Position numbers and translations under genes: made by a program. A stretch of 63,096 nucleotides of DNA, the filler included. It is 14 parts of 14 records of this genome, joined end to end, with 100 filler letters (N's around TTAATTAATTAA, not from the genome) between each part and the next. Parts side by side here need not be neighbours in the genome. Positions count along the whole stretch, not along the records: positions 1 to 3,077 come from SRR7504441_22900; positions 3,178 to 7,389 come from SRR7504441_22902; positions 7,490 to 12,051 come from SRR7504441_22909; 11 more parts are not named here. One strand, written 5' to 3'. Below, in pieces: positions 1 through 10,659 of the stretch. The notes below the pieces were generated by a model. It was given only the letters and a program-made list of their open reading frames with translations, did no database searches and was not told the origin of the DNA. How positions within the stretch are numbered: the stretch's first letter is position 1; the number at the start of each line of letters is the position of its first letter.

Positions 1-116
1 GTATCGATACCGTCAGTAGATGCATTTTGAATTAGATTTAGTTCGTATTAATTAATGTCTTTTGATTAACGCCACTCGTTTGGCAATCCCGCTAGACGCA
101 CTTTGACTTGATTCAG

Positions 117-1835
117 TCAATGAGAGTGCGCGGTCATTTCCATGGTCGTGGTGGTGCGTAGATCTCCGTCTTCAAGCATTGAGTAGTACTGTGCGCCGGT
201 GTCGTCAATCACATATCGCGAGCATCGGCCAGCGACCAGTGATTGTTGACCACAAATATCTGAGTGCGAGGTTGCTGTTGTCTTCAAGGCCGGAATGGCG
301 ATGCCTTCCTGTTTGGTACCAGGAAATGTGATAGTCGTATTGGGAATTGTGAATTCTAGATTAAAGCTTGCTGCTTCGTGACACGGATTCCAGAGACTCA
401 CCCAAAGCCCATAGCAGTCAGACCCAAATGTGACTGCTGTGACGAAAGGGACTGCTAGCATAATCACGAAGCGTGCCAGCACAATCAACCCTACGACCCT
501 ATGAGCACGGTTTGCTCCCACCACCCAACGGGCAGCACCAGGCACCAGGACCGTGTCAATGAGACTGAGCAAAGGACTGAGAGCAGTGGTGCTGGCCAGC
601 TTTGCAGGCACAGTGCCGCTGAGAGAGTTGGAGTCGAGGAAGAGCTGAGTGAGGTTAGCCAAACCGGCCAGCTCAGGCAACGTTCCACTAAGGCTGTTGG
701 TGTTCAGGTGCAGGTACTCGAGCTTGGAGAGGCTCGCCAGCCCAGCGGGTATTGAGCCGCTCAGGCTGTTGGTATCTAGGGCCAACGCAACCAAGCGGGT
801 GGCGCTGGTCAGCTCGGCAGGCACCGTCCCACTGAGACGATTGGCTTGCAAGTAGAGTATGGTGAGCTTGGTGAGGCGGGCCAGCTCGGCAGGCACAATG
901 CCACTCAGGCGGTTCTCATTAAGGTAGAGTCCAGTGGACTGAGAGAGGCTGGCCAGCTCTACAGGCACTGTGCCGCTGAGGCTGTTGTTATACAGATAGA
1001 GCTTAGAGAGCTCGGTGATCTTGGCCAGTTCCACAGGCACCGTGCCGCTAAGGCGATTGGTGTCCAAGGCGAGCTCAGTGAGCTTGGTGAGGCTGACCAG
1101 CTGCGAAGGCACTGTGCCGCTCAGGCTGTTTTTGTGCAGGAAGAGTCCACTGAGCCCAGAGAGGCTGGCCAGCTGTTCGGGCACGGTGCCACTCAGCTGA
1201 TTGGTGTCCATGACAAGGTAGAGGACCCTCGTGAGGCTGGCCAGCTGTTCGGGCACTGTGCCGCTGAGGCGATTATTCCGCAGATAGAGGTGGGTGAACC
1301 GAGACAGGTTGGCCAGCTGGTCAGGCACCGAGCCACTCAGGATGTTGCTGGACAGGTCGAGTGTGCTGAGCTCGGTAAGGCTGGACAGGTCTGCAGGCAC
1401 CGTCCCCTGCAAGCTGTTCCGCGGCAGCAGAAGCTCCGTGAGCTGGGTGAGACCGGCCATATCGGCTGGCAGCGTCCCGCGCAGTCCGTTGAGGGTTAGG
1501 TCCAGCGATACTACATTGCCCTCCTGATTGCAATGGACGCCATCCCAGGAGCAGTGACTCAAGGTTAAGTTCAGCCATCCGCCTTTGAGGGTCCACGCCT
1601 CCCCAGCGGTGGCCTGGTAAAGCGCCACCAGTGCCGACTGCTCCTCGGACGCTCCGAGCACTCGCCTGGTCAGCTTGGCACAAGAGCCGCAGCTGAAGGG
1701 GCAGGCGAGCCGTGTGGCAGCTGCCAGGTGGCAGCCTCGGCGCTGGACGAGCCTCGAGCACTCTTCCCGTGTGTCCTGGCACCTCGCGGAAGCACCGCAC
1801 GCCATAGCCAGCAGCAGCCAGCCCGGGGGCCCCAT
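117..1835 (-). CDS. Secreted/membrane LRR protein with N-terminal ShKT-like domain, LRRNT cap, ~13 plant-type LRRs and a C-terminal hydrophobic segment
   Basis: Signal-like MGPPGWLLLAMAC; ShK-like CQDTREECSRLVQRRGCHLAAATRLACPFSCGSC; cap ALVALYQATAGEAW...HCSWDGVHC; 24-aa repeats LxxLxLxxNxLSGTVPxxL. Start placed at ATG 1835; the ORF track begins upstream at a non-ATG codon. Confidence 0.8.
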   Translation of the reverse strand: MGPPGWLLLAMACGASARCQDTREECSRLVQRRGCHLAAATRLACPFSCGSCAKLTRRVLGASEEQSALVALYQATAGEAWTLKGGWLNLTLSHCSWDGVHCNQEGNVVSLDLTLNGLRGTLPADMAGLTQLTELLLPRNSLQGTVPADLSSLTELSTLDLSSNILSGSVPDQLANLSRFTHLYLRNNRLSGTVPEQLASLTRVLYLVMDTNQLSGTVPEQLASLSGLSGLFLHKNSLSGTVPSQLVSLTKLTELALDTNRLSGTVPVELAKITELSKLYLYNNSLSGTVPVELASLSQSTGLYLNENRLSGIVPAELARLTKLTILYLQANRLSGTVPAELTSATRLVALALDTNSLSGSIPAGLASLSKLEYLHLNTNSLSGTLPELAGLANLTQLFLDSNSLSGTVPAKLASTTALSPLLSLIDTVLVPGAARWVVGANRAHRVVGLIVLARFVIMLAVPFVTAVTFGSDCYGLWVSLWNPCHEAASFNLEFTIPNTTITFPGTKQEGIAIPALKTTATSHSDICGQQSLVAGRCSRYVIDDTGAQYYSMLEDGDLRTTTTMEMTAHSH

Positions 1836-1901
1836 GTTGATGTTCGTCGACCAACTGCATTTTAACGGCATCCTCTCCAGGAGCTGCCAGGGGGCTGGGG
1901 G

Positions 1902-3074
1902 ATGGCGGCACGCCGCCGGGCGGCGCACCTGGGGCTGTCAGACTTGGGCCATGGCGGGGTGGCGCTGGAGCAGGACTGCTACCATCCGGTGGCTGAGTAC
2001 ACCTGGCAGCGCAGAATCTGGCGCTTTGGCAGCTATTGCACCCTCTGCCTGTCCGCCATGCTCACATTGGGCGCGCTGTCCCGGAATGCGGGAGGGCTGG
2101 TGCTGCTGCTGAAATCGGGTATCAGAGCCGGTAGGGTGAACAAAGACGAATTCCTCAAGCATTTATACATGTTTTCCCGCGGACTGTCTGTGTTCTTTGC
2201 CATCTGTAGCGGCACCTGCCTAGCTCAGGCAATGAGAGAGGAGCCGGCAAAGCTCATCGGCTCCGGGGTCGTCCTGTGGCGCCTTTCAGCGGGGATGTTT
2301 GGCTTCTCGGCAGTGACCGCTGGTCTAGGCGTGTCTGGGATGTCATGGGCTGGCCTGGTTCTCGCATCCATCCCACAGCACAAGTTCAAAAGCTTTGTTC
2401 TGCATCACGAGCAAGAAATGCAGCTCCTGCAGATGCTCTTTGACTCTTCATTGCTGCTACCTCTGCTGGCTTTGACAGCGAGAATGCTAGCCGAGCACCC
2501 AGTTTGGGGAGATGGCAATGCATCCGACAAAGCGGTGGGGTGGAGTGCTATTTGTTCGATCGGGCTCCTGCTGTTTATCGTATTTAGATTCATAACGATG
2601 CTGGGGGCGGCTTTCGATGAAATACCGGGCTTTGACGATCAAGCTTGGCCTGGTTTTATGTGCAGCGCCCAGGCTGTAGCTGAGAGCCACAAATCCTTTA
2701 CTGCAGGGTTCACGGAAAGAACGATGCTCGGACCAGAACCACCGGAGAGGGAGTCGGCGCCTGAGCACTGGGAGAGGTGGGTTGTTGCGCTTGGGCGTGA
2801 TCTGGATCGATTCCTGGATGCGATGAAAGCAGAGGGCGTGGTTAGTGTGAGCGATATTTCAGAATACTTGGTCGAGGACGACCTTCGAAGGATTGGGATG
2901 ACGACTGTGCAGTCTAGAGTATTATTGCAAGCGGCCCACGCAGCATCGGCAAATATGGCAAAAGGCAAACCGCCTCTAAAGGAAGACTCATCCATAGTGG
3001 AGACATTTGAGAACCCTATGAGCGAAATAGCTACAGTACTAGCAAGTAACGAGAGCGGTGCGACAATGCTCTGA
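1902..3074 (+). CDS. Multi-pass membrane protein with C-terminal SAM-like domain
   Basis: 390-aa ORF with ~6 hydrophobic segments, then WERWVVALGRDLDRFLDAMKAEGVVSVSDISEYLVEDDLRRIGMTTVQSRVLLQAA, which fits the SAM pattern. Confidence 0.6.
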   Translation: MAARRRAAHLGLSDLGHGGVALEQDCYHPVAEYTWQRRIWRFGSYCTLCLSAMLTLGALSRNAGGLVLLLKSGIRAGRVNKDEFLKHLYMFSRGLSVFFAICSGTCLAQAMREEPAKLIGSGVVLWRLSAGMFGFSAVTAGLGVSGMSWAGLVLASIPQHKFKSFVLHHEQEMQLLQMLFDSSLLLPLLALTARMLAEHPVWGDGNASDKAVGWSAICSIGLLLFIVFRFITMLGAAFDEIPGFDDQAWPGFMCSAQAVAESHKSFTAGFTERTMLGPEPPERESAPEHWERWVVALGRDLDRFLDAMKAEGVVSVSDISEYLVEDDLRRIGMTTVQSRVLLQAAHAASANMAKGKPPLKEDSSIVETFENPMSEIATVLASNESGATML

Positions 3075-3077
3075 TAG

Positions 3078-3177
3078 NNNNNNNNNNNNNNNNNNNNNNN
3101 NNNNNNNNNNNNNNNNNNNNNTTAATTAATTAANNNNNNNNNNNNNNNNNNNNNNNNNNNNNNNNNNNNNNNNNNNN
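3078..3177. other. Artificial contig spacer (first of 13)
   Basis: N44-TTAATTAATTAA-N44 gives stops in all six frames. Identical spacers at 7390-7489, 12052-12151, 15921-16020, 20815-20914, 24433-24532, 28638-28737, 31951-32050, 35138-35237, 39177-39276, 43077-43176, 55415-55514 and 59546-59645. Confidence 0.98.
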
Positions 3178-4079
3178 GCTGGGGCAATGGTTGAATCTGC
3201 AACAGTGGCCCAACTCTCAGAACCCGCACTCGGCCTAAAGCACTGCCCGCCAAAGGTGAGGCGGAGAGGGCGCAGTCGGTGCTCGAGAGTCTGCAGCTCA
3301 AGAGAGTGGTGTGGTGTGCAGTTCACGATTGGGCGTGCCAGGCAGACAAGCTCGTGAGCCTCTGAAAGTCTCAACTGACAGTGGAGCATCAGGAACGCGG
3401 TGACGATGGCGGGCGACCGGTGGATGCCGCTGCGGCAGTGCACAAACACCGCCTTGCCCTTGCGCATCCATTCGGCTATGAATTCTGCAGCGGGCTCAAA
3501 GTGCACCCCGAGCGGTACGTCCGGGCTGTCGGCCACTGCCACTCGCAGATAGCCTTCGAGACTCGCGGCGTGTTTCGGCTTGCCGCCTCCGATGTTGGCC
3601 ACGGCGCACACGCCGTGCCGTTGGAGCAGCTCAAGCTCCTCGGCAGCCACCCGGTTCCCTAAAAACAGCAGCGGGAGCACTGTGGAGAGCCGACCGCTGT
3701 GTCGGGCTGGAGGTGGCTTCGCTCGCCTCTTGCCGCCCGGCAGGGGCACTGCAGCCTCGCGCAGCGCTCTCAGCTGCTCCAGTGCGGTCAGCCTGAGCTG
3801 CGATGGTGCGCGGTCTGGGCTGCACTGCTGCCACAGGCCGTCGGCCAGCAGGGCGTTCTCGATGAGCTGGTGGACCCGCCTGCGCATCCGAGTGGACACG
3901 GCGGCAAACCGGACCAGCTCCGGCGGATCAAGCAACTCCAACACGCGGAAGTGACACGTGTGCCCCAGCTGCCCCCATCGCATGGCCAGCGCCCCCGGAG
4001 ACGCTGCACTGGCTTCAGCTGCAGTTTCCGTTAGCTCAGCTGAGGCACCAGCACCCGACCGAGTAGCCGGCGCAAGCAT
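3178..4079 (-). CDS. F-box-like + dual-specificity protein phosphatase (3' end truncated by contig end)
   Basis: PTP signature VHCRSGIHRS, LFLGN and VADSP acid loop; F-box-like WGQLGHTCHFRVLELLDPPELVRFAAVSTRMRR. The start could be ATG 4079 or ATG 3983. Confidence 0.8.
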
Positions 4080-7000
4080 GCCCTCAGCTGTCGACGGGGT
4101 GCGTCTGCCAGTGCAGGCCTGCAGGCGAGCTGGCCAGGCCGGGCAGGCGCTGCCGGCAGTGGTGAAGAGCCCGGATGACCCGCGGGAGTACCGGCTGATC
4201 CGGCTGGCGAGCGGACTGACCGCGCTGGTGCCGGGCCGGCCGGGCGGGCGCGAGGGGGGCGCAGCTGATCCACGACCCCGAGATACAGTCGACCGACGCG
4301 CCGGAACAGCCGATGGAGCAGGACGGCGAGGAGGACGAGGAGGACGACGAAGAGATGGAGGAGGAGGGCGACGAGGAGGGCGACGAGGAGGACGACGAGG
4401 AGGACGAGGGCCGGCCGGACGGGGAGAAGAAGGCGGCGGCGTCGCTCTCGGTCAAAGTGGGCAGTTTCAGCGATTACCCGGAGGTGCAGGGGCTGGCCCA
4501 TTTCCTGGTGCCCCGCGCGCCGGTCCGGCCGGTCAGGCTGGTTCAGGAGCACATGGTGTTCATGGGCAGCAAAGAGTACCCCGGGGAGAACGACTTCGAG
4601 TCGTTCCTGACCGCGCACGGCGGGAGCTCGAACGCGTACACCGAGTGCGAGCTGACCAACTTCACATTTGAGGTGCAGCCGCGCGAGTTGCTCCAGGGGC
4701 TCCGGATGTTCTCAGGCTTCTTCAGCTCGCCGCTGCTCCGGGTGCGGCCCAGGCCCGGCGGGCTGCAGGGCCGGGCAGCCGGACGCGATGGACCGGGAGC
4801 AGCAGGCGGTGAACAACGAGTTCGAGCAGACTGAGCAGAACGATGCGAATCGAATCGAACAGGTGCACCACTCAGACCGGCTGCGCGATCCAGTACAGGT
4901 GCTCTGCTCGAGGGCGGCAGCCGCGCACCCGTACGCTAAGTTCGGCTGGGGCAACACCAAGAGCCTAGTGCACGACCCGGCGGCCAACGGTCGGGCCCTT
5001 GCCCGGCTGGCTGCGAGCGAGCGGCAGGTGTCGACGTGAATGCGGCGCTGCGCAGATTCTTTGGGGCTTACTACCAGGCGAGCGCCATGTGCCTGGCGGT
5101 GGTGAGCCACGAGCCGCTGGCCGAGCTGGACCAAGCGGTTCGGGACATCTTTGGGCAGACGTGCGGCAGCCCGGGCTACTCTCCGCCTGAGTTCAGTGGC
5201 TGCGAGATGCCTTTCGCGGGCTCGGTGCTGGCTCACAGGATCGTGGTCGGGTCGGTGCGGCAGCGGCACCGGATGAGTCTGGTGTGGACGCTGCCGTCCA
5301 AGCTGGCTGAGTACGCCAAGAAGGCGCACGAGTACGTCGAGTCTTTGCTAGGGCACGAGGGGCCTGGCTCACTGCTCTCAGCGCTTAAAGCGGAAAAACT
5401 GGCCGATGGGCTGACCGCTGGGATTGGGGATGACGGGATTGAGAGCAATAGCTGCTGCATGCTCTTCTCGCTTGAGGTGAAGCTGACTGATGCTGGGGTG
5501 AGCCGGATCGATCAAGTGGAGCTGATGGTGCGGTCGGGCGGGCCAACGAGTGAGTGAGGACAGGTGTGGGGTTATATTGGGTTCATCGCCCGGCAGCCGG
5601 GAATGGAGTGGTACTATCAGGAGAACAGGAACCTGAGCCAAGTGGCGTTTAGATTCAAGGACCCGGACGATGCTTGGACGCTTGTCGAGAATGCCTCCGC
5701 CAGCATGTGAGCACTGCACCTGCTCGGGACCGACCTGTGGACAGGCAGAGGTACAGTCCGGAGCACGCGCTGGTGGGCGAGTACCTGTGGGAGGAGCAGA
5801 TGGACCCGGAGGCCATCAGCCAAGTGCTGGTCCACTTGACACCGGAGAACGCGATCCAGATGATCTCGTCGCCACCCGATCAGAGCGGCCGAGTGTGTGG
5901 CTACTCGATGGACCAGACCGAGAGCTGGTTCAACGTACCATACGCGATCCAGCCAATCCCGCCCGAGGTGCTAGAGCGCTGGCGTGAGGCTGCTGGGTCG
6001 AGCAGCGATCAGTTTGAGCTGCCCAGCCCGAATCCGTACGTGCCCACAGACTTCTCTCTTGTACAGGCCTTGCCAGAGCCGATGCAGGCACCCCAACCCG
6101 CCCGCTGGGCGCTCACAGCTGGCTGCAGGAGCCAGTTTGCCTGCTGGACGCGCCACGGAGCACGGTCTACCACCTGCAGGAAGCAGCATTCACTCAGCCC
6201 AAGCTGTTTGCATTCTTCGCGCTCACGCTCGACAGCAAGCTGCGCAACTCGAGCGCGCTGTGTACTGTGCTCTCCGACCTATACTGCGACGTGTTCAACG
6301 ACGTGGTCCAGGAGCCCTCCTACTTGGCTTCGCTGGCAGGGCTGAGCTATGGGCTGCGTGCGACCGACTTTGGGTTTGTTTTCTCAGTTTGGGGCTTTAC
6401 GCACAAGATTAAGGAGTTTGTGGTCAGTCTGGCCTCTGTACTGGCAGCACTACCGGTGGACAACAGCAGGTTTAAAGTCATAGTAGAGAAGCGCCGCCGT
6501 CGGTACTCCAACAAGCTGTTCTCGCCCACAGACCACTCGTACCACAACAGACTGCGCATGCTGCAGGGCCGGTGTGGCCGAAAGCCGATCGATGAGCTGC
6601 TTGAGGCCATCGACAGCCCCGAGTGCAGCCCGTCGGCCCTGGCAGCCCACGCCCGGTCGATCTCGTCCTGCGTCAAGATAATCAGCTACGTGCACGGCAA
6701 CATCTGCGCCAAGCCAGCCTTAGAGCTGGCTGCGGAGGTGCTCGCCCCGTTTGAAGCTGCCTCCGAACCGGAGCCCAACCCGGGCGGGGCGCTGTGCAGG
6801 CAGGCGGCCATGGTGCCCGCTGGCCAGACAGTGGTGAGCATGGAGCCCTGTCTCAACCAGGACGAGAAGAACAACGTGGCGGAGGTATACGTGCAGCTAG
6901 CTGAACCAGGTGAGGCCCGACCGGCCGTTGGCTAGCCGCGGGCAGGGCTGCGCACTCTGGCGATAGTCGACTTGCTCGAGCAGATCATCTACGAGCCTTT

Positions 7001-7389
7001 CTTCGACCAGCTCCGGACCAAAGAGCAGCTCGGGTGGGCCACAGCCCTGCGGCTGGCTCAGCTGTGGGCAGGTACAGCGTCTGGTGCAGCAAGCTGTGCA
7101 CCTGGGGTGTATCCGGTTTCTGCTTTGTGGTGCAGTCGTGCAAGGTAAGTCCGGCCGGGGCTGCGGCCAGGATCGAGGCGTTCGTAGAGCAGTTCAGCAC
7201 GGGGCTCAAGCAGATGCCGGCCGACAAGTTCGAAGAGCACCGGTCGGCATTGATTGCGCTCAAGCTGCAGAAGTCAAGCAGCCTGGAGGAAGAGGCCAAC
7301 AGGCACTGGCACGAAGTCGAGCAGCAGCGACTGTGCTTCCGAGGCAACCAGACGATAGCAGACATTGTCAAGACGATCACCCAGCCCGA
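4078..7389 (+). CDS. Peptidase M16A, nardilysin/insulysin-like (about 10-11 short introns; 3' truncated)
   Basis: KSPDDPREYRLIRLASGLTAL|LIHD, acidic insert, KKAAASLSVKVGSFSD, GLAHFL|EHMVFMGSKEYP (HxxEH split by intron 4508-4546), GGSSNAYT, LGHEGPGSLLS, FFDQLRTKEQLG|Y. Confidence 0.92.
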
Positions 7390-7489
7390 NNNNNNNNNNN
7401 NNNNNNNNNNNNNNNNNNNNNNNNNNNNNNNNNTTAATTAATTAANNNNNNNNNNNNNNNNNNNNNNNNNNNNNNNNNNNNNNNNNNNN

Positions 7490-8649
7490 GAAGCAACAAT
7501 TGTACAACTCGAGAAGGCACAGACCAGCAATAGGCAGCTCACAGCAGAGTTGAAGATGCTGAAGCAGCAAGGGGGTGTAGCAAATGGAGATTATCAGCAA
7601 ATGCTGAATCAGCGCAATGCAGCGCTTGTTGAGTTGGAGATCCTTAGAGAGGACACCACTCAGGACGGCGAGGAGTTGGCGACTGCTCAAGAGCAACTTG
7701 AAAGTGCGCAATCCGAGATCAAGAATTTGAGCGAGGCTTTGCAATTCACCGAGAAGAAGATAGTCGAGTTGAGTGAAGAATTGCATCAGGCTTCGAACGA
7801 TGCTCATGACGTGGATGACGAGGTCAATGAGTTGTGTCGCGAGCTGAACGACCTCAAGGACCAGTTGGTGCGCTGCCTGTTGGTTTACCCTGTTTGATTA
7901 TGGTTGGAAGGTTTCTTCAAGAGAAAACTCTCTTGAACTAGAAAAGCAGAGAGATGCATTCAAGCGGATGTGTACAACATTACGAGAGGCAGTGAGCGAA
8001 GATGCAGGAGAGAACCAGCGAACCTTGGCCAAAGCAGCTGCTCAGCATGGGAGTATCGAAGCCATGAACGAACAACTGATTGCAAAGATTAAATCAATGC
8101 AAGAAGACCAGGTGAAATAGCTGTGCTAAAATGTCAATCTAAGGGCTGCTCTGATGTCAGGAGCGATCAACCAGTGATTACAATAGAATGTTACAGGAGA
8201 GAGATAGCATCAGAAATAAGCTGGAAGATCTCAAGCACGAGAATGCTGCATTAGCAAAGGACTTGGAGGATTCGGAGACGAACTTTGATGCTGCACGTGC
8301 TGATGTGAAGCTGGTGAAGAATAAACTAGAAGCCGAGATAGAGCATGCAGAGAAGGAGTATGGGCGAGCGTTGCAAGAGCGAGATAGTGCGATTGACAAG
8401 CTCGAAGAACTCAAAGAGGAGCGTGCTGAGGCATCAAACGATCTTGAAGATTCGGAGGCCAAATACAGCCACGCGCGAGCACAGTACAAGGAGTTGAGGC
8501 AACAAATGAAGGAGCGCAATATGGAGTTGAACGGGCTAAGAGACAAATATGAAAAAGCGAGAGAAGAACGAGACAGCGCCTTGAGTGAGCTAGCGGATCT
8601 CAAAGAGCGGTACAAGAGCGCTCGAACCATGCTCGCTCGAAGAAAATAA
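7490..8649 (+). CDS. Coiled-coil protein, 5' truncated, with short introns
   Basis: Heptad-rich E/K/L/Q ORFs 7550-7897 and 8188-8649 joined by GT-AG segments; internal repeats (QERDS...LEDSE). Confidence 0.6.
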
Positions 8650-8695
8650 ATTGATATTGTACATGCAACACATATCCTGCAGCTGATTTAAACCA

Positions 8696-9310
8696 TTAGT
8701 TTCTAAGTGCCTTAGGTTGCGAACACGCCTCGAGTGCTGCTTGTGCTGCACGTGATTCTTTGCTTTTGGCGGATAGCTCCGCTTTGAGGATGTGAACTTG
8801 CTGCTCGATATTGGACTCCTTTTTCACGGGGGCTTTTTGGCTTTTCAGATCTCGCAGTTCGGCCTCTAATTTCTTCATCTTTTGTTTCTGAGGCGCCTGT
8901 GCAGCCGTCATTTTCTGCATCGATTCGCTAAGTTTCGCAAGCTCGGCGCTCTGGTCAGCTTGCAGCTTGGTCATCTCGCCGTTCAGGCTCTCCACTTTAG
9001 CCTTACAAGTCTTGCTTTGGGTCAGGGCTTTCAGCGCTGCACGCTTCTGCTTCGCACAATGCTCGTCCGACTGACGGCTGTCGAGCTCTGCTTGCATGCT
9101 CTCGAGCTCCTCTCGTTTCTTTTGCAGCGTCAGTCGCTCTTGCTCCAGCAGAGAGGCCACCTTTTTCTTGATATACTTTTGGGCCTTCATCGATCTCCGC
9201 TGCTTCCTCCCGGTCAGCATGGTCTGTGCGCTCCGACAAGCGTCAGCCGACTGCAGAGCGCTGCTGAGGATTGCGCTCGGCGGGAATCTTGGAGAATGTA
9301 AATGACGCAT
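8696..9310 (-). CDS. Coiled-coil protein of unknown function
   Basis: K/E/Q/A-rich helical ORF converging on the previous gene; start uncertain. Confidence 0.5.
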   Translation of the reverse strand: MRHLHSPRFPPSAILSSALQSADACRSAQTMLTGRKQRRSMKAQKYIKKKVASLLEQERLTLQKKREELESMQAELDSRQSDEHCAKQKRAALKALTQSKTCKAKVESLNGEMTKLQADQSAELAKLSESMQKMTAAQAPQKQKMKKLEAELRDLKSQKAPVKKESNIEQQVHILKAELSAKSKESRAAQAALEACSQPKALRN

Positions 9311-10040
9311 AAAATAATGTTCAGCGCATTCAGTCAAGTAGCGGAGTTCAAGACCAGTGTGAAGAGGACTGGAGCTCACCTTGGTAGACTTGGTACGTAC
9401 GAAGACTGAGATGCTTTAATTTGTGTGAGTGCTTTAGTGTTTCTTGAATGTGCATAAACTCATCTAGTTTAAAATGTTGCCACGCTTTCCCGCAAATCTG
9501 TGATACTAAGCATCTTAGATGGCTTTAGATATATGTTAAATTCTGTTGATTGTTGTACAGTACGCTGCAAGTTCGTACAAGTGCACCATGAGTACGTACG
9601 TACGAGTACAATCATCGCACGATAATCATAAGCAGTTAGCTATGCATTTTTGTTGCCTTGCCTCATTGGTTGCGATGCGGGACGAACAACCACCGATCCT
9701 GCGGGAGGCGCCAGGTGATAAGTTTCGTTACGTGAGAGCATCTGGGCCGAAATCCATCCGACGAAGCGTTCGGATCTTGTGCTGAGCACAGCCTAGGTGA
9801 TCATCCAGGAACTAGCACAACGCGTGCTCCTTTTGCTGGCTGCCCGTGAATTACCTCTGCCGGGACGAGAGACAGCCCGGCCGTCAACGGCCGCCCGCAT
9901 GGGTTCTCAGAGCACTCTCGGCTGCCCAGAAAAGCACGAAGAAATCCGCTCACCGTCTCACGAGGAGTGCAGCGAGTCCCCAGCATGCCCTTGGCACCTC
10001 GGAACACCTCCGGATGCCACGGGCCGGCCACACATCAACT

Positions 10041-10616
10041 CTACTGCGCCTTCTGGATCGGCAGGAACAGCTTGAACTCGGCCGGCAGCTCGTCCTCTGA
10101 GTAAAGCCGGTCCGAGAAGTAGATCCGTCGAATCCTGCAGTTGGCGTGGATCTGCACTCGCAGAGTCTCGATGTAGTTGGTGCCGTATGCGCGGCGGGTG
10201 AAATCGGAAAGGTTGAACTGGATCTGGTTCCAGCCCTCGTCAAGCCGCATCGGCATCGTACAGATGAACGGCTTGACCCGCGTGGTGGACTGGTAGTTGG
10301 ACGCGCGGAAGCGGCGGCGAACGTTCTTGTCATCGAGCACCTGGACCTCGAAGGTGAAGTACTTCTTCAAGTTCTTGATGATCATCACGAGGAACGGAAG
10401 CTTGATCCCGAGCGTCTTCTGCGGGTCCGACGGTGCCGTGATGTAGGTGGTCGAGACGTTGGTGCCCATCAGCTCAATCACGCACGACTGGATGTCGGTG
10501 TCGGTGATGCGCTTGATGTGCCCGTCTCTGGTCTGAGTATCCCAGATCTGCAGCGGCTCGGACGGCTGGCTGGCGTACAGGATGGACAGGAAGCCCGAGC
10601 CCTCCGGCTTCGGCAT
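10041..10616 (-). CDS. CFAP20: Cilia- and flagella-associated protein 20 (BUG22)
   Basis: SGFLSILY...PLQIWD...GHIKRITD...[70 protein letters not shown]...[15 protein letters not shown]; intronless. Confidence 0.96.
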   Translation of the reverse strand: MPKPEGSGFLSILYASQPSEPLQIWDTQTRDGHIKRITDTDIQSCVIELMGTNVSTTYITAPSDPQKTLGIKLPFLVMIIKNLKKYFTFEVQVLDDKNVRRRFRASNYQSTTRVKPFICTMPMRLDEGWNQIQFNLSDFTRRAYGTNYIETLRVQIHANCRIRRIYFSDRLYSEDELPAEFKLFLPIQKAQ

Positions 10617-10659
10617 TCCGGCCAAATTCCGTTGACGCTCCGGCGCCGAGCCGCCGACG

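Noticed and set aside
600-1500. Regular 72-nt repeats resembling a CRISPR or satellite array
   Set aside because: They are the coding units of 24-aa LRRs.
4078-7389. Apparent frameshifts or pseudogenization in the peptidase, BTAF1, DAW1 and RPC1
   Set aside because: Each break I traced is resolved by a short GT-AG or GC-AG intron that restores conserved motifs.
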